DNA of 43,223 nt from Chloroflexota bacterium (GTDB taxonomy: Bacteria > Chloroflexota > Limnocylindria > QHBO01): the NCBI GenBank assembly GCA_040882375.1, contig JBBEBK010000016.1:1-43223 (forward strand). Direction: 5' to 3'. Below are positions 17,111 to 25,872 of this stretch, one piece after another. The translations under genes and the position numbers were made by a program. Position 1 is the first letter of the stretch; each line of letters opens with the position of its first letter. The notes beneath the pieces are model-generated. The model was not told where the DNA came from. It searched no databases and worked only from the letters and a program-made list of their open reading frames with translations.

Positions 17111-18345
17111 CAAGCGGCCGCCGGCGTCGCCGACGGCGTCGCGGGCGGCGTGATCACCACGGTCACCGATCCCGGCGAGATGCCGACCAGCAGCAGGCCG
17201 CCAGGCGTGGCCAGCGACGGCACGACGGCGTGCGTGCCGGGTCCGAGGCCGGCCACATCCAGGATCACCGTCAAGATGCCCGGATCGACGGCATCGAGCG
17301 CCGCAAGGGTGCCTCGAAGGATAACCGCCACCTGGCCGACCTGCGGCAGGCAGGCGCTCCCGACCGGCTCGCCGGCACACTGCACGGCCAGCACAAAGGT
17401 CCGCGCCAGGATGGCTGCCCGCAGGTTGACCGTGACCGTCGGTTCGGGCGCCTCGCTCGCCGCCCGCGTGTCCGGCGGAATGACGAGGACACCCGGCACG
17501 GCCAGGGTCGCGGTGGCGCCTGCCAGGGAGATCGGCTCGGTGACCACCTCCGTGATTGCCGCGAGAGCCTCGGGGGAACCGAGCAGCGTGATCACCGCCG
17601 GGTCCACGGCCACGCTGGCGATCTCGTAGCCGGGTGCCGGCGTGCCGGACAGGATCGGCCGCACCGGTACCGTCTTGCTCGTCTCCACCGTGCTCACGTC
17701 GATCTCTACGTGCGTCGTTGAGGGGGTGAGCTCGACCGAGGCCACGGTACGGCCATCCACGTCCACCGGGTCGAGTTCGACCTGGGCCGACACGTCGATG
17801 CCGGACTGATCAATGCGCACGCGCGCCACCGCATGATCCACGCGCGCGAGAAGGCTGGCCGGACCGCTCGCCGTGACCAGCTGATCGCCCAGCTGCGGCG
17901 CCCCAATCTCCAGGCCTGGAGGCACCTCCCCCGAGTCGACCGTGACGCGGACCTGGCGCTCGCCAAGCACGTCAATCGAGACCGACACAGCGCTCGGCTC
18001 GTACGACAGGATCGTGAGTCCCTCGCTCACCGCACGCACCCGCAGGGGCAGCGACTGGCGCTGCGGCGCCAGGTCCATGTCGTAGCCGCTCAGGTCGACC
18101 GTCACGGCGAACGAGTCGATCGTCACCCGCGCCGGGGCATCGGTGGCGATGCGGTAGCGAATATCGACGGTGTCGAGCTGCTGGGTCATGAGGTAGGAGC
18201 CCTGCGGCTGGCCCAGGGTCACAATCGGTACGCCGGGAAATGTCTGCTCCGAGAACGAACCGGAGAAGACGAGGCCGGTGTACAGGATGGTGGCCAGCAG
18301 CAGCGCGCCGAGCTTGAGTGGCCAGTTGCGTACGAGCCAGCTCAT
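17110..18345 (-). CDS. cdaR: CdaR/YbbR-like regulator of diadenylate cyclase (N-terminal TM anchor plus repeated YbbR-like beta domains)
   Basis: 411 aa with the TM helix LKLGALLLATILYTGLVF, then repetitive V/T/D-rich beta-type repeats. Conserved position between cdaA and glmM. Confidence 0.75.
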   Translation of the reverse strand: MSWLVRNWPLKLGALLLATILYTGLVFSGSFSEQTFPGVPIVTLGQPQGSYLMTQQLDTVDIRYRIATDAPARVTIDSFAVTVDLSGYDMDLAPQRQSLPLRVRAVSEGLTILSYEPSAVSVSIDVLGERQVRVTVDSGEVPPGLEIGAPQLGDQLVTASGPASLLARVDHAVARVRIDQSGIDVSAQVELDPVDVDGRTVASVELTPSTTHVEIDVSTVETSKTVPVRPILSGTPAPGYEIASVAVDPAVITLLGSPEALAAITEVVTEPISLAGATATLAVPGVLVIPPDTRAASEAPEPTVTVNLRAAILARTFVLAVQCAGEPVGSACLPQVGQVAVILRGTLAALDAVDPGILTVILDVAGLGPGTHAVVPSLATPGGLLLVGISPGSVTVVITPPATPSATPAAA

Positions 18346-19335
18346 CTACGGACGCTTCCGCTCCGTTGCTCCACCGACCGCCGCGGGCTCGCCGCCGACG
18401 GGCAGGGCGTCATCCGGTGCGGGGATGACCACCCGCTCCTCGGGGTCGATCGGCTGCGTGTCATCGTCGGCGGGGACTCCCCAGCGGCCCTCCAGCGTGC
18501 GCCGCAGCAGGGGTGCCTGGCGGCGCGGCTGCTGGGGGCGGATCAGGTTCAGGATTCGCCGGCGCAGCTGTTCCTCGGTGAGGTTGCGCTCGATGCGCCC
18601 GCGCAGCACGAGCGACACCGATCCGGTCTCTTCGCTGACGACCACGATGATCGCGTCCGACTGCTCGCTGATACCGATGGCGGCACGATGACGAGTGCCG
18701 TAGCGTTCCGAGTCCAGGACGTTCTGCGAGAGCGGCAGGACGACTCCCGCGGCCAGGATCTTCTCGCCGGTGACGATCACCGCGCCATCGTGCAGCGCCG
18801 TCCCGGTGTAGAAGAGCGTGGCGAGCAGCTCCGCGCGCAGGTCCGCATGCAGCAGCACCGCCGACTCGGCCAGGTCGGCCAGGCCGGTCTCCCGCTCCAG
18901 GACGATCAGCGCGCCGTGCCGCGATCCGGCGATCAGGCGTGCCGCACGGCTGATCTCGCGTGCCACCCGCTCGGCTGACGAGACATCGGCGCTGACGAAG
19001 AATCGGTTGAACGACCCAAATCGTCCGATCTGCTCGAGCCCCCGCCGCAGCTCGGGCTGGAATACGACCACGATCGCGAACAGGCCGACCACGGCCCCGG
19101 TCTGCAGCAGGTTCGACAGGAGCCGCAGGTCGGCAGCGTCGGCCACCAGGTAGACCAGGTAGACCATCGTCAGCCCGATGACGATGCGCAGCGCCCGCGT
19201 TCCACGGATCAGGATGAACATCCAGTAGATGAGGATCGCCACGAGGGCAATGTCGATGAGCGCCGTCCAACTGCCGCGCAGGAAGGTCTCGAAGAAGTCC
19301 GTGATGGCGTCTAGCAAGGGATCCGATGATACCAA
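18346..19335 (-). CDS. cdaA: Membrane-bound diadenylate cyclase CdaA (DisA_N/DAC domain) with a Pro/Arg/Asp-rich C-terminal tail
   Basis: Three N-terminal TM helices. DAC motifs HDGAVIV (DGA) and YGTRHRAAIG (RHR). The TTG start at 19335 is uncertain because it lies inside a hairpin arm. Confidence 0.88.
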   Translation of the reverse strand: MVSSDPLLDAITDFFETFLRGSWTALIDIALVAILIYWMFILIRGTRALRIVIGLTMVYLVYLVADAADLRLLSNLLQTGAVVGLFAIVVVFQPELRRGLEQIGRFGSFNRFFVSADVSSAERVAREISRAARLIAGSRHGALIVLERETGLADLAESAVLLHADLRAELLATLFYTGTALHDGAVIVTGEKILAAGVVLPLSQNVLDSERYGTRHRAAIGISEQSDAIIVVVSEETGSVSLVLRGRIERNLTEEQLRRRILNLIRPQQPRRQAPLLRRTLEGRWGVPADDDTQPIDPEERVVIPAPDDALPVGGEPAAVGGATERKRP

Positions 19336-19367
19336 AGGGACCCCGGCGAACTTGCCGGAGTCCCTTT
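19334..19367 (-). terminator. Intrinsic-terminator-like hairpin after rpsI
   Basis: RNA 5'-AAAGGGACUCCGGC-AAGUUC-GCCGGGGUCCCUUU-3': 13 of 14 positions pair, there is a 6-nt loop, and UUU follows. The 3' arm overlaps the putative cdaA TTG start. Confidence 0.4.
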
Positions 19368-19398
19368 GTGCTGCATCGTGCCGGTGGTCGGTGCCGTG

Positions 19399-19791
19399 CT
19401 AGCGCTTGGTGTACTGCGGCGCCTTGCGCGCCCGCTTGAGGCCGTACTTCTTGCGCTCTTTGGCCCTCGGGTCGCGCGTCAGCATGCCCGCCGCCCGGAG
19501 TGCGCCGCGCGAATCGGGGTGTGCGCTGACCAGCGCACGGGCGATGCCGTGCCGAATGGCGCCGGCCTGGCCCGAGAATCCGCCACCGGCCACCAGCACG
19601 CTGGCGGAGTAGCGGCCTTCCGTCTCGGTCACGCGGAAGGGAAGCCGCAGCTGCGCCAGCCCGGCGGTCCCGCCGAAGTAGTCCGCAGCGTCCTTGCCGT
19701 TCACGACGATGCTGCCATCGCCGGGAAGGAGGCGGACGCGGGCGGTGGCTTCCTTGCGCCGCCCGGTGCCGTAGACGTAGCTCGTGCTCAC
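19399..19791 (-). CDS. rpsI: 30S ribosomal protein S9
   Basis: 130 aa. [12 protein letters not shown]... and the C-terminal [19 protein letters not shown] start. Confidence 0.97.
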   Translation of the reverse strand: MSTSYVYGTGRRKEATARVRLLPGDGSIVVNGKDAADYFGGTAGLAQLRLPFRVTETEGRYSASVLVAGGGFSGQAGAIRHGIARALVSAHPDSRGALRAAGMLTRDPRAKERKKYGLKRARKAPQYTKR

Positions 19792-19807
19792 GTGTTGATT
19801 ATCCTCG

Positions 19808-20236
19808 CTACAGCTCGGCAGCGGTCGGCTGCTGGGCCTGGTGTGGGTGGTCCGCTCCTGCGTAGACCTTGAGTTTCTTGAACATTGCCCGGCCGAGGCG
19901 ATTCTGCGGGAGCATCCCCTTGACGGCTCGCTCGATGACGAGCTCCGGCTTCCGCTCGAGCAGCGATGCGAGGCTCTCCTGCTTCAGGCCCCCTGGATAG
20001 TTCGAGTGTCGGTAGTACTGCTTCTGGGTCAACTTGTTGCCGGTCACCTTGATCTTCGCGGCATTCAGGACCACCACGTGGTCTCCCGTATCCAGGTGGG
20101 GCGAGTAGATCGCCTTGTGCTTTCCTTCGAGCAGCGTGGCGATGCGGGTAGCCAGCCGCCCAAGCGTCTGGTCGCTCGCGTCGACCAGCCACCAGCGCCG
20201 CTCGATCTCGCTCGCCTTGACTGCGTACGTCTTCAC
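19808..20236 (-). CDS. rplM: 50S ribosomal protein L13
   Basis: [28 protein letters not shown] start forms a GTGA overlap with the truA stop. Confidence 0.97.
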   Translation of the reverse strand: MKTYAVKASEIERRWWLVDASDQTLGRLATRIATLLEGKHKAIYSPHLDTGDHVVVLNAAKIKVTGNKLTQKQYYRHSNYPGGLKQESLASLLERKPELVIERAVKGMLPQNRLGRAMFKKLKVYAGADHPHQAQQPTAAEL

Positions 20237-21057
20237 ACTCTCGTCCTCTCGCCCTGTTCCGCGCGGCCCCGGCTATCGGTGGCCGAACCCGTATTCGAAT
20301 AGATGACCCGCTCGAGCGTCAGCCCGCATGCCGGAGCCGCCCGCCCATCGAGGGCGCGCTTCCCGGCGTCGAGCATCCCGGCAACTTCGCCCGGTGTCAA
20401 TCTTCCGCGCCCCGCCTCGAGGAGGAGAGCCGCAATGCTGCGCACCATGCGCCGCAGGAAGGCGTTCGCCGTGACACGGATCTCCACGCTGGTTCCGCGG
20501 CGGACGATCGACACCTCCGTGAGGTGCCTCACTGTCCGTCCCCGCAGGTCGCTCCCGAGCGCCGCAAAGTCGCGTTCGCCGAGGAGCTCCGCGGCGGCGG
20601 CACGCATGGCCGCCACGTTGAGCCGGTCGCCGATCTCGAGCGTCCGATGCCGGTCCGTCGGCCGCTTGTCGCCCGCCATCCTGACGCGGTAGCGGTAGAC
20701 CCGGAGACGAGCGTCGCGCCGCGGGTCGAATCCCGGGGGCGCGGCGCGGAGTGATCGTACCGCCAGGTCACGCGGCAGCATGGCATTCAGCCTTCGCCGC
20801 AATTCCGGCCAACTGATCTCCTCACCGCGCCGGCGGCGAGCGATACAGAAGGCCGCGACCTGGCCGGTGGCGTGCACCCCGGCATCGGTTCGCCCGGCGA
20901 AGCGGACTCGCACCCGCTCGCCGGTCAGTCTGTTAAGCGCCTCCTCCAACTCCCCCTGCACCGTCCGAGCGTTCGGCTGGAGCTGGGAGCCGGCGAAGTC
21001 GGTTCCGTCGTAGGCAATCACCGCTCGCGCGCATCGCTGCAACCCGGGCGAGATCAT
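20233..21057 (-). CDS. truA: tRNA pseudouridine(38-40) synthase TruA
   Basis: [12 protein letters not shown]... and GRTDAGVHA, which carries the catalytic Asp. 274 aa. Confidence 0.93.
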   Translation of the reverse strand: MISPGLQRCARAVIAYDGTDFAGSQLQPNARTVQGELEEALNRLTGERVRVRFAGRTDAGVHATGQVAAFCIARRRRGEEISWPELRRRLNAMLPRDLAVRSLRAAPPGFDPRRDARLRVYRYRVRMAGDKRPTDRHRTLEIGDRLNVAAMRAAAAELLGERDFAALGSDLRGRTVRHLTEVSIVRRGTSVEIRVTANAFLRRMVRSIAALLLEAGRGRLTPGEVAGMLDAGKRALDGRAAPACGLTLERVIYSNTGSATDSRGRAEQGERTRV

Positions 21058-21080
21058 TGCGACCTGGTTCTGCGAGCCGG

Positions 21081-21434
21081 TCAGACCAGCTCGATCTGCA
21101 CGATCGGCGCGGCGTCACCGAGACGCTGCCCGATCTTCACGATCCGCGTGTACCCGGAGGCCCTGTCCGCGTACTTCTCCGCGAGCTCACCCATCAGCTT
21201 GTCGACGATGAGGGGCTCGTGCGGCATTGATGCAATGAGGGACCGGCGTGCAGACAGATCTCCGCGCTTGGCCAGCGTGATCATCCGATCCACGATGCCG
21301 CGCACCTCCTTGGCCTTCGCCTCGGTGGTCTTCAGCTTCTCGTAGCGCAGTACCGCCACCGCCAGGTTGTCCAGCATGTGGTAACGGTGAGCGCTCCCCC
21401 GACCGAGCTTGCGACCGGCCAACCGATGTGGCAT
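21081..21434 (-). CDS. rplQ: 50S ribosomal protein L17
   Basis: MPHRLAGRKLGRGSAHR...TTEAKAKEVR...YTRIVKIG. 117 aa. Confidence 0.96.
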   Translation of the reverse strand: MPHRLAGRKLGRGSAHRYHMLDNLAVAVLRYEKLKTTEAKAKEVRGIVDRMITLAKRGDLSARRSLIASMPHEPLIVDKLMGELAEKYADRASGYTRIVKIGQRLGDAAPIVQIELV

Positions 21435-21437
21435 GGA

Positions 21438-22454
21438 TCAGCCTTCCCGGTCGAGTTCTGCGGCTGCCGCCTCGTCCAGCTCGGCGGCGGCGGGGAGATC
21501 GGACTCGTCCGCATTCGACGCGGCGGCCTCTGGGGGAGCAAACCCGCGGAGAGCAAGGCGCTCCTTCATCTCGTCAAGGCTCTTCTTGCCGAAGTTGCGC
21601 ATCCGGAGCAGCTCGTCGTCGCCGAGGGCCAGCAGCTGACCGATCTTGGTGATGTTGTTGCGCTTCAGGCTGTTATAGGCACGCATCGGTAGATCGAGCT
21701 CCTCGATGGGAGCCTCGAGCAGATTGGCACTGACCTGCGGGATCGCATCATCGGCCATGGCCGCGCGGCGACCGATCTCGGTGAAGCGGCCGAACTCACG
21801 CACCAGGATATCGGCGGCCTCGGAGAGGGCAGCCTGCGCGGTGGTCGTGCCGTCGGTCTCGATCTCCAGGGTCAGGCGGTCGAAGTTGGTCATCTGCCCG
21901 ACCCGCGTGTCGCTGACGACGAAGTTCACGCGGCGCACCGGCGTGAAGATGGCGTCAACGGGGATGATGCCGATTGGCAGGTCCTCGGCGTGCTCAGCCG
22001 GGCGGTATCCGACCCCGGTCTCGACGGTGAGGTCCATCTCGATCGACCCGGCGTCGGAATCGAGCGTCAGCAGCACCAGATCGGGGTTGACGATCTCCAC
22101 ATCGGCGGTCTCGGCGATGTCGGCCGCGGTCACCTGGCCGGCACCGTGCTTCACCAGCTTGAGCGTGACGGCGTGGTGGGCGAACGATCGCAGGCGCAGC
22201 TTCTTGATGTTGAGGACGATCTGGGTGAGGTCCTCCTTGACGTTGTCGATGGTGCTGAACTCGTGAAAGACCTTGTGCACCTGGATGGAGGTCACGGCGG
22301 CCCCCTCCAGCGAGTTCAGCAGGACGCGCCGCAGCGCGTTCCCGAGGGTCACCCCGTAGCCATCGGCCAGGGGGTTGACCTCGAAGACGGAGAGGTTGCC
22401 GCGCGACTCGACCTCCTCGATGCGGGTGGTCGGCGTGGATTCAAGTTCGATCAT
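21438..22454 (-). CDS. rpoA: DNA-directed RNA polymerase subunit alpha
   Basis: 338 aa. The N-terminal domain (GNALRRVLL) and the C-terminal domain (LDLPMRAYNSLKRNNITKIGQL) are both present. Confidence 0.97.
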   Translation of the reverse strand: MIELESTPTTRIEEVESRGNLSVFEVNPLADGYGVTLGNALRRVLLNSLEGAAVTSIQVHKVFHEFSTIDNVKEDLTQIVLNIKKLRLRSFAHHAVTLKLVKHGAGQVTAADIAETADVEIVNPDLVLLTLDSDAGSIEMDLTVETGVGYRPAEHAEDLPIGIIPVDAIFTPVRRVNFVVSDTRVGQMTNFDRLTLEIETDGTTTAQAALSEAADILVREFGRFTEIGRRAAMADDAIPQVSANLLEAPIEELDLPMRAYNSLKRNNITKIGQLLALGDDELLRMRNFGKKSLDEMKERLALRGFAPPEAAASNADESDLPAAAELDEAAAAELDREG

Positions 22455-22472
22455 GAACGGGTAAGACTCCTG

Positions 22473-23099
22473 CTAGCGCGAGTAGTACTCGACGACGAGC
22501 TGCTCGTTGAATTCGAGCGGCATCTGCTCGCGGAGCGGCTCGGCGAGTACCGAACCGGAAAGCTTTGACGGATCGACGCTCACCCACTCGGGGATCTGCG
22601 CCGCCTTCATCGTCTCGACGGCAACCTGGAAGATCAACCGACCGCGGCGGCTCTCCCGGACCTCGATCCGATCGCCAACCGTGGCGTTGAAGCTCGGGAT
22701 ATTGGTGGGCCGGCCGTTCACGCTGAAGTGGCCGTGGGTCACCAGCTGGCGCGCCTCCGCCCGCGAGCGGGCGAAGCCCATCCGAAAGACGACGTTGTCG
22801 AGGCGCATCTCGAGCAGCCGCAGCAGGTTCTCGCCGGTCATCCCGGTGCGCTGGTCGGCCTTCTCGAAGTAATTGCGGAACTGCTTCTCGAGGACGGAGT
22901 AGCTGCGGCGCACCTTCTGCTTCTCGCGCAGCTGGATGCCGTACTCGCTGACCTTGCGGCGTCGCTGAGTGTTCATCCCCGGCGGGGTGCTGCGGCGCTC
23001 GAACGCGCACTTCTTGCTGAAGCACCGGCTGCCCTTGAGGAAGAGCTTGAGCCCCTCGCGGCGGCAGATGCGGCAGACCGGGTCGGTGTAACGTGCCAT
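22473..23099 (-). CDS. rpsD: 30S ribosomal protein S4
   Basis: [16 protein letters not shown]...[11 protein letters not shown] (S4 RNA-binding domain). 208 aa. Confidence 0.97.
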   Translation of the reverse strand: MARYTDPVCRICRREGLKLFLKGSRCFSKKCAFERRSTPPGMNTQRRRKVSEYGIQLREKQKVRRSYSVLEKQFRNYFEKADQRTGMTGENLLRLLEMRLDNVVFRMGFARSRAEARQLVTHGHFSVNGRPTNIPSFNATVGDRIEVRESRRGRLIFQVAVETMKAAQIPEWVSVDPSKLSGSVLAEPLREQMPLEFNEQLVVEYYSR

Positions 23100-23106
23100 C
23101 CCTGCC

Positions 23107-23502
23107 TCAGACCCTGCGCCGCTTGGGCGGGCGGCAGCCGTTGTGCGGAATGGGCGTCACGTCGGTGATGGCGGTCACCTCCAGGCCTGCGGTCTGGAGG
23201 GAGCGGATCGCCTGCTCGCGGCCCGCGCCGGGCCCCTTGACGAACACCTCGACCTGGCGCATCCCGTGCTCCATGGCGCGGCGGGCGGCACCTTCGGCCG
23301 TCTGCGAAGCCGCGTACGGCGTGCTCTTGCGGGAGCCCTTGATACCGACCAGCCCGGAACTTCCCCAACTCACGGTGTTCCCGGTCGGATCGGTGATGGT
23401 CACGATCGTGTTGTTGAAGGTCGATTGGATATGCACGTGCCCGACCGGCACGTTCTTCTTCTCTCGCTTCTTGGTGCGCGTCGCGCGCTTCCGCTCAGCC
23501 AT
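23107..23502 (-). CDS. rpsK: 30S ribosomal protein S11
   Basis: [17 protein letters not shown]...[10 protein letters not shown]...[18 protein letters not shown]. Confidence 0.97.
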   Translation of the reverse strand: MAERKRATRTKKREKKNVPVGHVHIQSTFNNTIVTITDPTGNTVSWGSSGLVGIKGSRKSTPYAASQTAEGAARRAMEHGMRQVEVFVKGPGAGREQAIRSLQTAGLEVTAITDVTPIPHNGCRPPKRRRV

Positions 23503-23538
23503 GAATCTCCTGTGGCAATCCGGGACGGATGTTGATGA

Positions 23539-23910
23539 CTACTTCTTGCGCCGGACGCCGACCGTCTTGCGCGGTCCACGACGCTGTCGGGCGTTCGTCT
23601 TGGTGCGTTGCCCGCGGACGGGCAGATTGCGACGATGACGAAGGCCCCGATAGGAGCCGATCTCCATCATGCGCTTGATATTCATGCTCACTTCGCGGCG
23701 GAGATCGCCCTCCACCTTGAAGCGGCGGTCGATCACCTCGCGGATGCGGTTGACCTCTTCCTCGGTGAGATCCTTCACGCGCGTCGCTTCTGCCACGTTC
23801 GCAGCGACCATGACCTGGCGCGCCGACGTGGGGCCGATTCCGTGAATGTAGGTGAGCGAGATGACCGTCCGCTTGTCTCGCGGAATGTCGACGCCGGCAA
23901 TGCGTGCCAT
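23539..23910 (-). CDS. rpsM: 30S ribosomal protein S13
   Basis: [14 protein letters not shown]...LTYIHGIG...[22 protein letters not shown]. Confidence 0.97.
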   Translation of the reverse strand: MARIAGVDIPRDKRTVISLTYIHGIGPTSARQVMVAANVAEATRVKDLTEEEVNRIREVIDRRFKVEGDLRREVSMNIKRMMEIGSYRGLRHRRNLPVRGQRTKTNARQRRGPRKTVGVRRKK

Positions 23911-23917
23911 GGCTCGC

Positions 23918-24031
23918 CTATCCCTGCCGCTGCTTGTGCTTGGGGACGACGCAGATGACCATCACCACGCCGGAGCGCTTGATCACCTTGCATCGCTCAC
24001 ATCGCGGCTTAACCGAGGCAGAAACCTTCAT
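23918..24031 (-). CDS. rpmJ: 50S ribosomal protein L36 (zinc-binding CxxC...C...H form)
   Basis: Not in the ORF track (37 aa). Hand translation: [37 protein letters not shown]. The ATG at 24031 overlaps the infA TGA (ATGA). Confidence 0.92.
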   Translation of the reverse strand: MKVSASVKPRCERCKVIKRSGVVMVICVVPKHKQRQG

Positions 24032-24246
24032 CTCATCCTGTAGGTGATGCGACCTCGGGTGAGGTCATAGGGGGACAGCTCGACGCGAACCGTGTCGCCT
24101 GGCGTGATGCGGATGAAGTTCTGGCGCAACTTCCCGGAGATGTGCGCGAGAACCTCGTGCCCATCCTCGAGTCGTACCCTGAACATCGCGTTCGGAAGCG
24201 GAAGGATTACTTCTCCCTCGACCTCGATCGCATCTTTCTTCACCAA
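24028..24246 (-). CDS. infA: Translation initiation factor IF-1
   Basis: 72 aa S1-like protein: [50 protein letters not shown] (24246) or GTG (24243) start. Confidence 0.96.
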   Translation of the reverse strand: MVKKDAIEVEGEVILPLPNAMFRVRLEDGHEVLAHISGKLRQNFIRITPGDTVRVELSPYDLTRGRITYRMR

Positions 24247-24331
24247 GCGCTACGCACCTTCGATCTGATCATTGACGCGGGGTGTTGCACACACGGAAAG
24301 GCCGCCGCAACCGGCGACCCACGGACAGTGG

Positions 24332-24361
24332 AGTATACACGAACCCCGCGGCGGCAGACAA
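24332..24361 (-). promoter_or_regulatory. Sigma-70-type promoter upstream of infA
   Basis: Minus strand reads TTGTCT, an 18-nt spacer, then TATACT, in the only sizeable gap (138 nt) between map and infA. Confidence 0.5.
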
Positions 24362-24384
24362 CGGGCCAGACGGACCGATACGCC

Positions 24385-25167
24385 TCACCGCGAGGTCAGA
24401 ACCTGCGGCCCGCCGTCGGCCACGGCGATCGTGTTTTCGAAGTGCGCCGACAGGCTCCGATCAGCGGTCGCGACCGTCCAATCGTCGTCGAGGAGGTAGA
24501 CGGCGTCCCCGCCGATGTTGAACATCGGCTCGATGGCGAAGCACATGCCCGCCTCGATCCGCATCCCGGTGCCGGCCCTGCCGTAGTTCGGCACATTCGG
24601 CGCCTCGTGCATGGCGCGACCGATGCCATGGCCCACCAGCGGTCGCACGATTCCCAGACCATGCTCATGCGCCACCGCCTCGATGGCGGCACCGATATCG
24701 CCCAGGCGGTTTCCCGGGACCGCCATCGCGATCCCCGCCTCCATCCCGCGGCGAGTCGCGTCGATCAGTTCCTGTGTGCGGCGCGGCACCCGGCCGACCG
24801 GCCACGTCCGGGCACAGTCCGCGTGCCACCCCTGCCAGATGCAGCCGACGTCGAGGCCCACGATGTCCCCCTCGTTGAGGAGCCGCCTCGGTGATGGGAT
24901 GCCGTGCACGACCTCGTCGTTGACCGACGCGCAGATCGAGGCGGGGAAGGGCGGGTTGGTCCCATAGCCCTTGAACGAGGGGACGGCACCGGCATCGGTG
25001 ATGATCTCCTCCGCAATGTGGTCCAGGGCTGCAGTCGTGATCCCCGGTCGGAGTTCGCGCTCCAGGGCCTCGAGCACATCAACCAGGATCGCACCGGCGC
25101 GGCGCATGCTGGCGATCTCTTCGGGACGCTTGATGGTGACGGCGCCGCCGCGGGCCGGGATCCCCAT
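24385..25167 (-). CDS. map: Type I methionine aminopeptidase
   Basis: 260 aa. VVHGIP, GDIVGLDVG, VGHGIG, FAIEPM and the C-terminal AHFENT provide the metal-ligand pattern. Confidence 0.93.
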   Translation of the reverse strand: MGIPARGGAVTIKRPEEIASMRRAGAILVDVLEALERELRPGITTAALDHIAEEIITDAGAVPSFKGYGTNPPFPASICASVNDEVVHGIPSPRRLLNEGDIVGLDVGCIWQGWHADCARTWPVGRVPRRTQELIDATRRGMEAGIAMAVPGNRLGDIGAAIEAVAHEHGLGIVRPLVGHGIGRAMHEAPNVPNYGRAGTGMRIEAGMCFAIEPMFNIGGDAVYLLDDDWTVATADRSLSAHFENTIAVADGGPQVLTSR

Positions 25168-25170
25168 CGC

Positions 25171-25872
25171 TCAGCGACCTGCAGGGCCGGTCAGCTCGTC
25201 CAGGATGGCGCGCGTCACCGTCGGAATCGGCAAGGTGCCGTCGATGCGATGCACGATCCCCGTCCGATCGTAGTGCTCCAGCACCTCGAGCATCGGCGCC
25301 ACCTGCTTGGCGAGGCGTGCCCGCACCACCTCGGGGCGGTCATCGTCGCGCTGGATGAGCGTCGTCCCGTCCCGATCGCAGTGCCCGGGAACGCTGGGGG
25401 GCTCCCCGGCGAGGTGGTACGGGGTTCCGCATGACGGGCAGACCCGCCGTCCCGCCACGCGGGCCACGAGCTCCTCGATCGGCACCTCGATGGAGATCAC
25501 CCGCTCGATCCGCTGTCCACGCTCCGCCAGCGTGGCGTCGAGCGCCCGGGCCTGGGTGACCGTCCGCGGGAAACCATCGAGGATGGCGCCGTTCGAAGCG
25601 GCCGGCGCCGCGAGCTTCTCCATGAACATGCCGATGGTGATGTCATCGGGCACCAGATCGCCGCGTTCCATGTAGGCACGGGCGCGCTCACCAAGTTCGC
25701 TTCCGTCGCGCAGCGCCTGGCGAAAGAGGTTGCCCGAGGCAAGATGGACGAGGCCGAGCTCCGCGCTCATGGCGGCTGCCTGGGTCCCTTTGCCGGCGCC
25801 GACCGGGCCGACCAGGAGGAGGATCCGTCGCCCGTTGTGCGACGCCGTCGGGCCGTGGCCCGCCCCGGTCAC
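25171..25872 (-). CDS. adk: Adenylate kinase (long form with a zinc-type LID)
   Basis: P-loop GPVGAGKGTQ. LID CPSCGTPYH...HCDRDG. GTG start forms a GTGA overlap with the secY stop. Confidence 0.95.
   Translation of the reverse strand: MTGAGHGPTASHNGRRILLLVGPVGAGKGTQAAAMSAELGLVHLASGNLFRQALRDGSELGERARAYMERGDLVPDDITIGMFMEKLAAPAASNGAILDGFPRTVTQARALDATLAERGQRIERVISIEVPIEELVARVAGRRVCPSCGTPYHLAGEPPSVPGHCDRDGTTLIQRDDDRPEVVRARLAKQVAPMLEVLEHYDRTGIVHRIDGTLPIPTVTRAILDELTGPAGR

Noticed and set aside
23775-23993. 72-aa minus-strand ORF between rpsM and infA
   Set aside because: It overlaps both the rpsM N-terminus and the hand-identified rpmJ in a different frame, and it has an Arg/Ala-rich non-homologous sequence. 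rpmJ explains the region.
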